Source of the DNA: an uncultured Mycoplasma sp.
GTDB lineage: Bacteria; Bacillota_I; Bacilli_A; Mycoplasmatales; Metamycoplasmataceae
Length of the DNA stretch: 64,000 bases
NCBI GenBank assembly: GCA_947040455.1
Contig: CAMRBN010000002.1
Coordinates: 11,856-75,855 of the forward strand
Direction: 5' to 3'
Below the pieces are notes generated by a model. It saw nothing but the letters and a program-made list of their open reading frames with translations, was not told the DNA's origin and did not search any database. How positions within the stretch are numbered: position 1 is the first letter of the stretch; each line of letters begins with the position of its first letter. The position numbers and the translations under genes were made by a program. Below are positions 26,534-43,121 of this stretch, one piece after another.

Positions 26534-27385
26534 ATGAAAAGTTTTTCATTTGAAATCAAAAATGAATTAATTACCAAAAAAATAAACAAAAAACAAGCAG
26601 TATCTTTTGTAGATGGAATAATTTATTCTTCATATAAAACAGGAGAAGAGGCCAAAATTTTATTTAAAGATGAATTTATTTTTAACAAGGTAAAAGATAT
26701 TTTGGAAATAAGCGGAAAAGATTTCTCAACTAAAAATAAAACGTTCATATTTCCGAAAAATAATTCAAAAACAATGATAATATCAGATCCACAACTTTTT
26801 TTCGCAGGAGTTTTTGTTTCAGGTGGCTCAATATCTTCTTTAGAATCATCTTCTTATCACTTAGAACTAAAAATTAAAAGTATTGAATTTGCCAAAATAA
26901 TGCTTGAAAAATTAGCAATTCATGAATTATTTTTTTCTATATTTGATAAAAGTGATTATGTAATTTTATATATGAAAAAAAATGAACAAATATCCGAATT
27001 TTTAAAAGCTATTGGTTCTCAAGATTCATTTTTTAAATTTTTTGATGCAATAATAATTAGAGATCATAAAAATCAAATTACAAGAATTGGAAATTTAGAT
27101 GTATATAATCAATTAAAATTGGTTGATTCACATGCTTTGTTTTTGGATAATTATCATTTCGTTGTTAAATATAAACTGTTAAGTAAGTTTAAAGATGACG
27201 AATTAACATTTTATAAATTTAAAATAAATCATTCATATTTACCACTTTCTCAAATAAGTGATGAACTATTTAAGGTTCATAATATTGTAAAAACTAAAAG
27301 TGGCCTCAATCATTGATTAATAAAAATCAGAAATATTGCTGAAGATTATGAATATCGTTTATCTGTTAAAAACAAAAATAAATAA
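26534..27385 (+). CDS. whiA: DNA-binding sporulation/cell-division regulator homolog WhiA
   Basis: An AAGGAGG RBS lies upstream. MKSFSFEIKNELI... is a typical WhiA start, and the size is about 283 aa with one TGA read-through. Confidence 0.75.
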
Positions 27386-27616
27386 ATGCTTATTTTATGA
27401 TTATGGCTTTATTAAATTTAAAATAACTATTAATTATAACATAAAATTATTTTTTACAAATTTTTATAATATAAATTAAATATGTATTTTTTATCTCAAA
27501 TTGTGATAAAATTATAAAAATAAACTTTAAATTCACATTATTTATTGATAAATGGTAATCCAACTATTTTCAATATTTAAACAAATTTATAAATATACAA
27601 TTGAAAAGAGCGCTTT

Positions 27617-30600
27617 ATGAGTAAACCAACAAATTATCAAGTAAGAAAATATGGGCCATTAACTGATAGAAGGAATTATTCAAATACCAAAATCGAATTA
27701 GAAACACAAGACTTTTTACAAATGCAAAGAGATTCTTTTGAATGATTTTTAGAAAAAGGTATTGAAGAAAGTTTCAAAGAAATTTATCCTATTCGTTCAA
27801 ATAACGGGAAAATGGTTATTGAATATATTTCAAAATCAAAGAGAATTGAAAGATCTAAGAATGAATCAAAATCAATTGATGAATCAAAACAAAAAGGTGT
27901 TACATATGCAGCTAAGCTATATGGTAAGTTGAGAAAAACTATAATTGAAACTGGGGAAGTAAAAGAAGAGGAAGTAATTTTTGGAGAAATTCCTTTGATG
28001 ACAAATGGTGCTTCATTTATAATAAATGGTTCTGAAAAAGTTATTATTTCACAACTTATTCGTTCTTCTGGAGCATATTTTGGTCGTCAAGTTAGAAATA
28101 AGCAAGCAGATGATTTGTTTAATAAAGTGGAAATTATTCCAAAATTAGGTTCATGAATCGAAATTTACCATAGAGTAACTGGTAATTCAATAGATGGCGT
28201 TAAAATAAGAATTGATAAACACAAAGCTGTTCCTGTTTCTGTTTTTTTAAGAACTTTTGGTTTAAATAAAGATACAATTGTGAAGTTATTTGGAAATTCT
28301 GATGTTTTAGAAGAAACGTTAAAAAAAGATAAATTTCAAACTCAAGAAGAATGTATTGAGACTCTTTACCAAATAATTAGAAAAGGTGATAGAGTAACAG
28401 CGGAATCCACTGCAAATTTATTTCCAAATCTTTTGTTTAATAGTCGTAGATATAATTTGTCAAAAACAGGTAGATATACAATAAATCGTAAATTAAATTT
28501 ACAAAATAGAATTAATCATAAAATTTTAGCTGAAGATTTAATTGCTGAAAAAGATACTGAAGAATACAAAGAAGGACAAGTGATTTTTAAAGCTGGTCAT
28601 AAATTTGATATTTTAGATGCTAAAAAAGTTGATCAATTATTTGCTGATGGTGTTTTAAAACTAACTAAAATTCCTGATATCACTGAAAAATCTTATGGAA
28701 AATTAATTGAAGATTATCCAAAACTGAAAAAGAGAATTAAAATTAGTTTGATTAAAATATTCCAAAATGAAAAAGATGCATCAACTGAAGGAATTGAACC
28801 AATCACAGTTATTGGTAATGATCCTACGGCAACTGAACTTAATTTATTAATACCAGATATTATTGCTGCAGTTTCATATTACTTTAATTTAATTCAAAAC
28901 ATTGGACAAGATGATGATCCTGATTCATTAATTAATAAGAGAGTAGTTCTTGTTGGTGAATTATTACAAAATCAATTTAAAATAGGATTAACTAAATTAG
29001 AAAAAAATACTAAAGAAAGAATGTCTTCAAAAGAAATTGAAAAAGTTACTCCTAAAAATGTGACTAACAATAAACCTGTTTACAATCAATTCAAAACATT
29101 TTTTAACTCTTCAAAACTTTCTCAATTCATGGATCAAATTAATCCTTTGGGTGAAATATCGAATAAAAGACGTGTTACTTCTTTGGGGCCAGGTGGTCTT
29201 AATAGAGACACAGCTCAATTCGAAGTTCGTGATGTACATCCTACTCATTATGGAAGAATTTGTCCTATTGAAACACCTGAGGGACCTAACATTGGACTTA
29301 TTCTTAACTTAGCAACTTATGCAATCATTGATGAATATGGTTTTCTAAAAACTCCTTATTTTAAAATATCAAATGGTGTAGTTGATTACAAAGCGCCCGT
29401 TTATTTAACAGCGATAGATGAACAAGGATTTTCTTTTGCTCAATCTTCGATTAATATCAATGAAAATAATGAATTAACTGATGAGAGTATTACTGTTAGA
29501 AAAGATAATGACTTTATTATCGTGGGACCTAATATGGTTGATTTTATGGATGTTTCTTCAAAACAAATGACATCAATTGCTGCTGCAGCGATTCCTTTCT
29601 TGGAAAATGATGATGCTAACCGTGCACTTATGGGTTCAAATATGCAACGTCAAGCCGTACCTTTGTTAAGAGCAGAGGCGCCGATTGTTGGTACTGGTAT
29701 TGAATCAGCAATTGCTCAATATTCAGCAGCTAATATCAAGTCTAAAAAAGCTGGAGAAATCACTTATGTGGATTCAACAAAGATAAAAATTAAATCTAAT
29801 GATAATAAAGAAGTATTGACTTATTATTTAAAAAATTTCCAAAAATCTAATCAAGGTACTATTATTAATCAATCTCCAATCATTAAATTAGGACAAGAAG
29901 TTAAAGAGGGTCAATTACTTACTGATTCTTCTTCTTTCAAAAATGGAGAAATGGCTCTTGGTAAAAATGTACTTGTTGCATTTACAACATGAAATGGTTA
30001 CAATTATGAAGATGCGATAATTATTAATGAAAGATTAGTGAAAGAAGACGTATTTACATCAATTCACATTGAAGAACAAACTATTCAATTCCGTAAAGCT
30101 AAGGCTGGTGAAGATCAATTAACATTAGAAATACCAAATACTTCCCTTGCGTCTAAAAGATTTTTGGATGAAAATGGTATTGTTATAATTGGTTCTGAAG
30201 TTGGTGTTGGTGATATTTTAGTTGGTAGAATTTCTCCAAAGGGTGAACACAATCCTACTCCTGAGGAAAAACTAATGGCTGCTATTTTTGGTCATCGTGA
30301 TTCTAGTTTTCTTGATACATCCCTAAAAGTTAAACATGGTCAAGCTGGAACAGTAATTGATGTACAAGTTCTTTCTAGAGATCAAGGTGATTTATTAGAA
30401 GATGGTGTTGACAAAATTGTTAAAGTATTAATTGCTCAAAAAAGAAAAATTAAAGTTGGTGATAAAATGTCAGGTCGTCACGGTAATAAGGGTGTTATAT
30501 CTATTATTTTACCTGAAGAAGATATGCCTCACTTGGAAGATGGAACAACAGTTGATATTTTATTAAATCCTCAAGGGGTTCCTTCGCGTATGAACTTAGG

Positions 30601-31159
30601 TCAAATACTAGAACTTCACTTGGGAATGGCTGGAAAAGCATTGAATGTAAAATTTGTTTCACCTGTATTTGATGGTGTTAAAAAAGAAGATATTTCAGAA
30701 GTTCTGGCAGAAGCTGGTGTTTCTGTAACTGGAAAACAAAAATTATTTAATCCAATTGATGGAGAAGTTATTGATAATGATATATCAGTTGGTGTTATGT
30801 ATATGCTTAAATTGTCTCATATGGTAGATGATAAAATGCATGCTCGTAGTATCGGTCCATATTCTCTTATTACTCAACAACCACTTGGAGGAAAATCTCA
30901 AAATGGTGGTCAAAGATTTGGAGAAATGGAAACATGAGCTATTGAATCATATGGAGCTACAATGATTCTGCAAGAGTTATTAACTTATAAATCCGACAAC
31001 ATTCAAGGAAGAAACAAACTTTATAATGCTCTTGCTACAAATACAGTTTTACCGACTCCAGGTACACCTGAATCTTTCAATGTTCTTGCATATGAATTAA
31101 GAGGACTTGGAATTAAATTAGAAATTTACGAAAATGAAATTGAAGAAGGAGATAAGTAA
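27617..31159 (+). CDS. rpoB: DNA-directed RNA polymerase subunit beta
   Basis: Five ORF-track pieces are in one frame. Motifs include ...[44 protein letters not shown]... and ...[15 protein letters not shown].... Confidence 0.98.
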
Positions 31160-31160
31160 T

Positions 31161-35375
<4,215 letters not shown>

Positions 35376-35383
35376 AATATTTT

Positions 35384-35412
35384 AAATAAATGTCTATTAT
35401 AGATATTTATTT
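35384..35412 (+). terminator. Possible terminator after rpoC
   Basis: AAATAAATGTCT pairs with AGATATTTATTT with one G-T pair. The stem is AT-rich and the T tail is weak. Confidence 0.4.
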
Positions 35413-35450
35413 TATACAATTTAATAAAATTATTTTAGAAAAGGTTAGAA

Positions 35451-36455
35451 ATGAACAATAAAAAAATAACTATAATTGGCTCAGGTGCTCTTGGCACTGC
35501 GTTTTCAAATATATTATTTGATTCAAAGCAAAATAATATTGTTGTTTATGGAATAGATGATCAAGAATTATCAGAATTAAAAGTTGGAAAAAATACTAAA
35601 TATTTTAGTGAAGATTTATTAATTCATAAAGTTGAGACTACCAACAATTTAAAAGAAGCTTTAAAAGGTACTTCTTATATTATTTTAGCCTTACCTTCAA
35701 CAATTATTCCTCAAGTTCTTGAACAAATAAAAGAAAATATTGATTCAGAAGTTTTAATTATTAGTGGTTCTAAAGGTTTTTATCATGGAACAGATTATCC
35801 TTTACACAAGGGTATTGAAGAAAATACAAAAAATAACCCTAAAATTAGAGGTGTTGTAAGTATTCTTGGTCCATCATATGCTGAACAAATGGTTTTGAAA
35901 AACTTAACGATAGTTGCTTCTGTTTCTGAGTCGGAAAAATTATGTGCTGAAGTGCAAGAATTATTTTCTAATTATTATTTCAAGATATATACACAAACTG
36001 ATGTCATTGGTGCCGAGGCTGGTGGAATCTATAAAAATATATTAGCTATTGCTTCTGGTATGCTGGCAGAGTATGGTTTTAAAATTAATACAACGGCAGC
36101 ATTTATAACTAGAGGTGTTCACGAACTATCTGTTTTTAATAAGTACTTAGGTGGAAAAACTGAAACAATTATGGGATTAACAGGGCTTGGGGATTTGATT
36201 CTAACTTCTATGTCTGATTTATCAAGAAATTATACTTTTGGTCGAAATTTTGTTAAAGATAAAGATAAAGCACTTTCTTCTTCGATTACACTTGAGGGAA
36301 TCAACGCTATTAAGATTGTTGAAAAAATTAGAATTAAAGATAAATTGGACCTGCCAATTGTAGAGTGTTTATATCAAATCCTTTTTCATGATCTTGATTT
36401 ACACGAATCTATTTACATATTATGAGATAGACAAACTGGGTCAGAAAACGATTAA
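35451..36455 (+). CDS. gpsA: NAD(P)H-dependent glycerol-3-phosphate dehydrogenase
   Basis: MNNKKITIIGSGALGTAFSNIL...GPSYAEQ...NRNYTFG-type motifs (SRNYTFGRNF) are present. The frame extends past TGA at 36423. Confidence 0.85.
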
Positions 36456-36481
36456 CCATAATAAAATAATTTTTTATTTTA

Positions 36482-36964
36482 TTAATACTTATTTTTTATT
36501 CTGTTAAAGTTGATATTATTTTTTCTTAAATAAGCATTTTTCATATCTTCATCGCTATATTTTAATAATTTTCCTAAACCAATAAATAGACCAAAAGAAT
36601 AGTTGAAATTTTCTAGACTACTTTTTTGATAAAATTGACTAATAGAATCATATATTTTTAAGAATTGTAAAGTTAAATCTTGAGAAAATATAATTGGATC
36701 AACGTCATTTGACATTCCTAAGCTCAAACCAAACGACAAATAAAAATGCATACCATCAGAATATTCTTCGATTATTTTTTCATCATCTATTTTAATATTT
36801 TTTTTTCAATATTTAAAATGCTGGATTTCATTAGCTAATTCACTAACTTCAACAATCAGTGCTAGTATTTGTTTTTTTTCCAAATTTTCATTATTATTTT
36901 CATGACCATTAATTATTGCCTTGTTTAATTCAATTTGTTTAATTAAAATATCCTTAAAATTCAT
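36482..36964 (-). CDS. Dimeric dUTPase-like all-alpha NTP pyrophosphohydrolase
   Basis: Reverse ATG at 36962-36964. ...LALIVEVSELANEIQHFKYWKKN...IIEEYSDGMHFYLSFGLSLG... resembles the dUTPase_2 family pattern (ELANE..FKYW..EEY.D..HF.LS). This is recalled from memory. Confidence 0.55.
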
Positions 36965-37066
36965 ATTTTAAATTATATTACAATAGAGATAATTTACTCT
37001 AAATTTTCATTTATTTTATGTCTTTTGTCAATATTATAGTATAATTAAAAAGCAAATTATTAAATT

Positions 37067-37153
37067 GCCCGAGTGATGAAATGGTAGACATAGGGGACTT
37101 AAAATCCCTGGTCCGTATTGGACGTGCTGGTTCAAGTCCAGTCTCGGGCACCA
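37067..37153 (+). tRNA. tRNA-Leu (anticodon UAA), CCA encoded
   Basis: GCCCGAG acceptor stem pairs with CTCGGGC. The anticodon stem-loop is GGGGA-CTTAAAA-TCCCT. There is a long variable arm, TPsiC GGTTCAAGTCC, and a terminal CCA. Confidence 0.9.
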
Positions 37154-37174
37154 TATATATAAAATTTATATACT

Positions 37175-37205
37175 AAAACATCTATTGTAAATAGATGTTT
37201 TTTTG
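37175..37205. terminator. Bidirectional hairpin terminator between tRNA-Leu and the convergent minus-strand gene
   Basis: AAAACATCTAT pairs with ATAGATGTTTT. A runs and T runs flank it on both sides. Confidence 0.65.
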
Positions 37206-37775
37206 TTATATAGTTAATTCAGTATATTCTTTTAAGATATGTGAAACAAAAGATGAAATCATATTGTGATATTCAATTAAGTTAACAATTTCTCTTGCGG
37301 GAATTGTTTCTTTTGATGATGAAGTTATATTTTCTATTTTTATTGCTTCAAAAAATTTATTATCACATTTTTTCTTTTCTCTTGTATAAGTAGTAATTAT
37401 ATTTTTATATTTGGTTTGCATTAATAAATCAACTGTCTCTTTGTTAATATGAATTATTCTTGAACCTAGTGAATTTGAAACATATGTTTCGTAAGAAATT
37501 TCTTTTCCTGAATTTAATAGTACTAAAGCTTTATTATTTTGGTGTTTAATGCTTTTCATATTAACAAAAAAATATTTATCTGTTTCAGAAGTGACTCAAG
37601 TTTTTTCCATCAATTCAGTTATAAGTTTTGTTGACTTATTTGCAAAGTAGTAAGATAAAACAGAGAACACTAATGAAGCTGCTCCAAGAAATAAACCGAA
37701 AGTTCAAAGAATAATATCTTCAACCTTATACCCATTAACTGTATTTGAGATTGTTTGTGCATTGTATGTCATCAT
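37206..37775 (-). CDS. Hypothetical membrane-anchored protein (about 189 aa)
   Basis: The ORF 37206-37559 extends through two TGA codons to ATG-ATG at 37770-37775. There is one predicted TM segment ([21 protein letters not shown]). Confidence 0.45.
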
Positions 37776-37829
37776 ATATTAATAAAATTATACATAATAT
37801 CATTTTTTTTTAATGTAAAATATATAAAT

Positions 37830-38387
37830 ATGGAAAAGAAAATAATAAAAGTAATAATAGAAATACCACTTAATTCAAATATTAAGTATGAATATAATAG
37901 AGAAAATAAAAAAATATGTGTAGATAGAATATTGAGAGATGGATTTGTATATCCAGCTAACTATGGATTTATTGAAACTGCTCTTGATTGAGATGGAGAT
38001 GAATTAGATGTTCTTGTATATTCATCTGAAACATTTGTACCTGGAGTTCAATTAAATGCACGAATTGTGGGAGCAATGAGAATGATTGATGATGGAGAAA
38101 CAGATACAAAGCTAATTGCTGTTCATCATGACGATTATAGACTTAATGATATTAATTCATTAGAAGATATTGATCAAAGTTGATTAAAAGAAATTGAAAC
38201 TTTTTTTAAAACTTATAAAAATTGAAAAAGAGAAGGAATTACGAAAGTTCCTGGATTTGAAAATGTTGATTGAGCTTGAGCAGAATATAAAGAATGTTTT
38301 GATTTAATGATAAAATATGGTCATTTACCTAAAAAAGAATTTGTAGAAATGATGATGAAAAAACATCCTGACAAATACGAAATTTAA
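37830..38387 (+). CDS. ppa: Inorganic pyrophosphatase (family I)
   Basis: [22 protein letters not shown]...[23 protein letters not shown]...[13 protein letters not shown]... Confidence 0.9.
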
Positions 38388-38421
38388 ATATTTTCACTAA
38401 GAATAGACAAGGAGATTTGTT

Positions 38422-39216
38422 TTGTTGTCAAAAATAAACAAAAATAATTTCAAGAAAACTGAACTTATAAATAATATAAATAATGAAATAAAAAAAAATA
38501 AGTGATTGTATTTGTTAATGTTAATTGAAGTTATTGTTTTAATTGCTTTAAATATTGCTATTATTTTTTTAACAGTTAATAATAGAATTGCATTAATTGC
38601 AAGCTCAATTTCAATTGTAGCTACAACGACAGGTGTCATATCTAATCTTTTAGCAACTAGAAAATTAAGAATAAATTTTATTTTCGGAACATTGCATGTT
38701 GTATTTTATAGTATTGCAGCGTTGCTATTAACTGTCTATGGTGATTTTGCTCTTAATTTATTTTATTATTTACCCACAAATATTATGGGTTGATTTATGT
38801 GAAAAAAACATAAAAACAAAATAGATCAAAATAACTTGAATACAATAGAAGAAAACATTAATACCAAAGATGTTCAAGTAGATGTTAAAAAACTTTCTCT
38901 TAAACAATGAATGATTATTTTACCATTACTCTTGGGTTCTATTGTTGGGTTAGCATTTGGATTACATTACTTAGGAGACAAAAGTCCGATATTTGATTCT
39001 GCTTCTACAATACTTTCTATATTTGGAATGATATTGATGATTAAGTTTTATCGAGAACAATGATATATTTGATTTGCGGTTAATATAGTGAGTGTCGGAA
39101 TATATATAACTTTGATTATTAAGGACACAAGTGATTTAACAAGTGTTCTGTATTTGGTTATGTGAAGTTTGTATATTGTCAATTCTATAATTGGAATAAT
39201 TAAATGAAAAAAATAA
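38422..39216 (+). CDS. pnuC: Nicotinamide riboside transporter PnuC
   Basis: An AAGGAG RBS at 38409-38414 precedes TTG 38422. The TM protein has ...ISNLLATRKLRINFIFG... and ...REQWYIWFAVNIVSVGIY..., typical of PnuC. Confidence 0.7.
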
Positions 39217-39219
39217 CAA

Positions 39220-39246
39220 AAAACAAGAAATCATATTTCTTGTTTT
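39220..39246. terminator. Bidirectional terminator between pnuC and fruK
   Basis: A perfect 12-bp stem pairs AAAACAAGAAAT with ATTTCTTGTTTT. Confidence 0.7.
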
Positions 39247-39258
39247 AATGCTATAAAA

Positions 39259-40170
39259 TTATTTTTTAATTTTTATTATTTTAAGTGAACTTTTAACATC
39301 TTCGATCATTTTTAAAGTTCCTAATCATTTTGAACTCACTGTTGCCATCCCAGCTGCATTACCCAATATAAATGACTCCTCAATTTTGTTTGATTCAATA
39401 TATTTGGCAACAAATGTTGCTAACATACTGTCTCCAGCGCCTGCGGAATTAATAATTTTCAATTTTGGTGTTTCAATTTTTAAAACCTTATTTTTATTTA
39501 TAAAATATGAACCTTCATCTGCACAAGAAACTAATAAATTTTGGAGACCTAATTGAATAAGTTTAGTTCCGTGTTTAATAATATCGTGTTCATTTCTAAT
39601 TTTAACTTCCATAAGTGTTGCTAATTCAAGTACATTTGGTTTGATGACAAAGGGTTTGTATTTTAATAATTTCATAACTTCTTTTGAATCAATATCAAGA
39701 ACAAATTTAACATTATTAGTACTGAGAATTTTAACTATACTTTCTACTAAAATCATATTAGATCTACCCATAATGAAAACAACATCATCATCAGTCATGG
39801 AAGCAATTAAGCTCATCAACTTATCTTCTGATTCCTTTTCTATTATTGATGCAGGACCATTTAGTTCAAAATTATTAATTTGATTATTAAATTTAATATT
39901 AATTCTAGTGTCATTCACACTTGGGATTGTTATCAATTTAACTTTTTCTTTTGCTAATTGTTCAGTAATAATTTTTGACATCGCACCATTCATAAATGTT
40001 ATGGCTGTTGTTTCAAATCCTAGTCTATTTAAGATGACAGAAGCATTAATCCCTTTTCCACCCGCTAACAAATCAGAATTTTCATACCTTGTCAAACCAT
40101 TTCTATCAAATTGACCATCCGTTTCAATTAGTAAATCAATTGATGGTGAAAAAGTTATTGTATAAAACAT
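39259..40170 (-). CDS. fruK: 1-phosphofructokinase (PfkB family)
   Basis: [13 protein letters not shown]...LLAGGKGINAS...GAGDSMLATF... The frame extends past TGA at 39325 to TAA at 39259. Confidence 0.85.
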
Positions 40171-42266
40171 AATTTTACCTTATTTTTAATAGTTGATTTG
40201 TTTTTGAAAATATCTAATTTATGAATATTTTCTTTTTTATTTTTTTTATAAAACATTACTTTTTTTTCTAATTTAATTTCTGGATTTTTATTACCTTTAT
40301 TTCGATTAAATAATTTAGTAAAAAGATTAATCATAATTGCAGTAATTATTGAACCAATAGTTATCGCAATAATATAAAGAGTAATTCCTAAACCTATTGA
40401 CATACCAGAATCAGCAAACAAAGTAGATTTAACCAATGCGAAAACGAATATCCCTCCATGTGGTGCAGCTAAAGTAATTCCGAAAGCTGCGGCTAACATT
40501 CCTGCAAAACTTGCTCCAATCATTGAAGCTGGAATAATTACTTTTGGGTTTTTAGCAGCAAAAGGAATCGCTCCTTCTGTTATAAAACTTATTCCCATTA
40601 TTCAATTTGCTAATCCAGCTTCTCTTTCTTCTTTTGTTCAAAGTTTTTTGTTTAGAGCTGTAGATATTGCTATTCCTAATGGTGGAACCATTCCTGCGGC
40701 CATTACTGAAGCCATAACATATGTTCCTTGACCAGCTGTTTCACTTAATGTCGCTGTTGCAAAAACATAAGCGGCTTTATTGATAGGTCCACCCATATCA
40801 CTAGCCATCATTATTCCAACAATAAATCCTAAAATAATTGCTAAATTATTATTTCCTTGGAAGATATCTAAGAATAAAGTAAATCCTCAATTTAAATATA
40901 AAAGCGGAATATTTATTATTCAAAACAAAGCTGCAATAATTAGTGTTCCTAAAAATGGAACTACCAATATTTGCATAATACCATTTAAACTTTTAGGCAT
41001 TTTTGAAACAATATATTTCATCATTAAAATTATTAATACAGCTGATAGAATTCCTCCACCAATTGCACCAAAGAAACCTGATGATGAAGCAGGAGTTCCG
41101 AATCAACCTTGATCTCTAAAAAGGAAAGAACCCGCAGAAATAAATCCTGTTATAAAACCAGGTAAAAGTCCGACCTTGCCGACTAATGCTCAAGCGATAT
41201 AAGCGCCTAACATTGGGACCATCATATTAAAAGATATTCCTCCAAGTGTCTTAAATCAATAAGCAACATCATTCACTGTACCGAAATCAGGACTACCTGC
41301 ATATGGTATATCTATTATGAAAGCTATTGCAATCATAATACCGCCAAAAATTACAAACGGCAACATATACGAAACACCTGTTAGCATTGCTTTAAAAGTC
41401 CTGGTTCCAAATTTATTGAAATTAAATCCAGTTAAATCATCTCCGCCACCTGACGAAACACCACTTTTTAATTTAGAACCTTTTTTTTCTAAAATATTAT
41501 TAATTTCTAATTCTGGATTTTTAATAACTTTTCTAGTTGTCGTTTCAATTATGTTTTCATGACCTTTGAATCTATCTAAATCAATAGCTCTATCAATTGC
41601 CAAAAGAACTCCCTTGGCGTTTTTAATTTCATCTGGTGTCAAGACATTTCTTCCACCTTCAGTTCCCTGGGTTTCAATTTTAATTTTGACACCCATTTCT
41701 GCAGCTTTCTTTTTTAATTGTTCAGCTGCCATATAAGTATGGGCAATACCGGTTGGACAAGCAGTTATTCCAACAACGTCATAGTCTCCCCTTGCCTCAG
41801 TCACAATCTCTTCCTCTACATTTTGTGAATTGGTGAATAAATTTATTAACTCATCAAAAGAACTAATGTTATCTAATGATTGTAAAAAATTATCATTCAT
41901 TAAATTTTTACTTAATTCAGATAGTATTTCAATGTGAACATTATCTTGATCGTTTAATGCGATATAAAATATATATTTAATGGGCTGATTATCTATTGAT
42001 TGTCAATCCATTTCTTTAACTTTGGCAAACAACAAAACAGAATTTTTCATTTCAGGAATTCTAATGTGAGGAACAGCTACTGAACTTCCTATTCCTGTAG
42101 AAAATTCTTCTTCTCTTTTTTTGGCAGCCGAAAGTATTTTCTTTTCATTTGTACCAAATCCTTGTTCCACAAGTTGGGATGAAAAGTATTTTAAAGCTTC
42201 GTTCTTGGTTTTAAATTCTAAATCAAGAAAAAATACTTTTTCGTTTAAAAAATTATCTATTTTCAT
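40155..42266 (-). CDS. fruA: PTS fructose transporter subunit IIABC
   Basis: Pieces 40155-40598, 41256-41900 and 42003-42266 are in one frame. It has an IIA-Fru/Ntr module (...[15 protein letters not shown]...), an IIB module ([17 protein letters not shown]) and a polytopic IIC module. Confidence 0.9.
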
Positions 42267-43017
42267 TTTTTTCCTTATTTTTTTCTACTGTGCTGATGAT
42301 ATTGAAATTATTGTTTTTTGGTCAATCATTTTTATCTGTTATCACGATTGTGTGAGTGGTTGAAGAAAAATTATAAATACTTGAATGATTAAATTTTTCT
42401 TTTTCAGCCATAATAATTATTAAATCACTTTGATCAGATATCATTTTTTTGGACAATCCTTCATTAATTTCAGTTGTCATCAACTCATTTTTGTTTGAAA
42501 TAGCATTCACACCAATAAAAGAAATTGGAAATTTAATTCTTGTTAAATCTATTGTATTTGTGGGAATGATGGTCATAGTTTGATTTTTTATTAAACCAGA
42601 AATAATATTTACTTTTGTAAATCCGTTATTTATTGCATAACTTGCATTCAATAAAGAGTTCGTGTAAATTATTTTGTTTTTATCTAAGTATTCAAATAAG
42701 TAATAATTTGTTGAACTTGCATCTATAAAAATTACTTCATAATTTTTAGCTAAAACAGCACCTTTTTTTGCGAGTTGTTTTTTAATGGTTTTGTTTTTAT
42801 AAATCTCATTTTTAGCATCTTTGTCAATTTTGTAATAATCATCATTATAAATTATTTCTCCAAAATCTCTTTTTATAAAACCTGATTCTTCTAATTTCAA
42901 CAAATATCTTCTACAAGTTGAAACAGTTAAATCTAATTCATTTTCTAAATCCTTAGGTTTCACAATATTACGTTCTTTAATTATTGCTTTTATGCTCTCT
43001 AAAATCTTTTGGCTCAC
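42253..43017 (-). CDS. fruR: DeoR-family transcriptional repressor (FruR)
   Basis: An N-terminal HTH is present (...KDLENELDLTVSTCRRYLLKLEESGFIKR...). It heads the fruA-fruK genes. The probable start is GTG at 43015-43017, 5 nt after GGGAG. The track start TTG 43027-43029 is the alternative. The 3' end reads through TGA at 42322. Confidence 0.75.
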
Positions 43018-43033
43018 TATTTCTCCCAAAAAA

Positions 43034-43073
43034 ATTATAACATTTTTGAACTATTTTGAACTATTTTGAATAA
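43034..43073 (-). promoter_or_regulatory. fruR-fruA-fruK promoter: -10 TATAAT plus three tandem 10-bp direct repeats (candidate DeoR operator)
   Basis: On the minus strand TATAAT lies at 43034-43039. Immediately upstream are TTTTGAACTA (43044-43053), TTTTGAACTA (43054-43063) and TTTTGAATAA (43064-43073) in plus-strand notation. Confidence 0.5.
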
Positions 43074-43121
43074 AATATTTTATTTTAAAAAAAATATGCA
43101 ATAAAATCAATGAGAATGGCT

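Noticed and set aside
27386-27616. The 230-nt whiA-rpoB spacer as a possible ncRNA such as RNase P or SRP RNA.
   Set aside because: It is extremely AT-rich, with no conserved RNA motifs or stable helices that I could find. It is more likely to be promoter DNA for rpoBC.
36460-36483. An AT-only hairpin (AATAAAATAA pairing with TTATTTTATT) between gpsA and the convergent dUTPase-like gene, considered as a terminator.
   Set aside because: It has a perfect stem but no G-C pairs and a 3-nt loop. It is too unstable to call with confidence, so it is not listed as a feature.
38388-38421. A possible NAD+ (pnuC-motif) riboswitch upstream of pnuC.
   Set aside because: The spacer between ppa and the pnuC start is only about 35 nt and is mostly RBS. 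There is no room for a structured aptamer.
43044-43073. Direct repeats considered as a possible CRISPR array or mobile-element end.
   Set aside because: There are only three contiguous 10-bp units, with no spacers and no cas or transposase genes nearby. The position over a promoter fits an operator far better.
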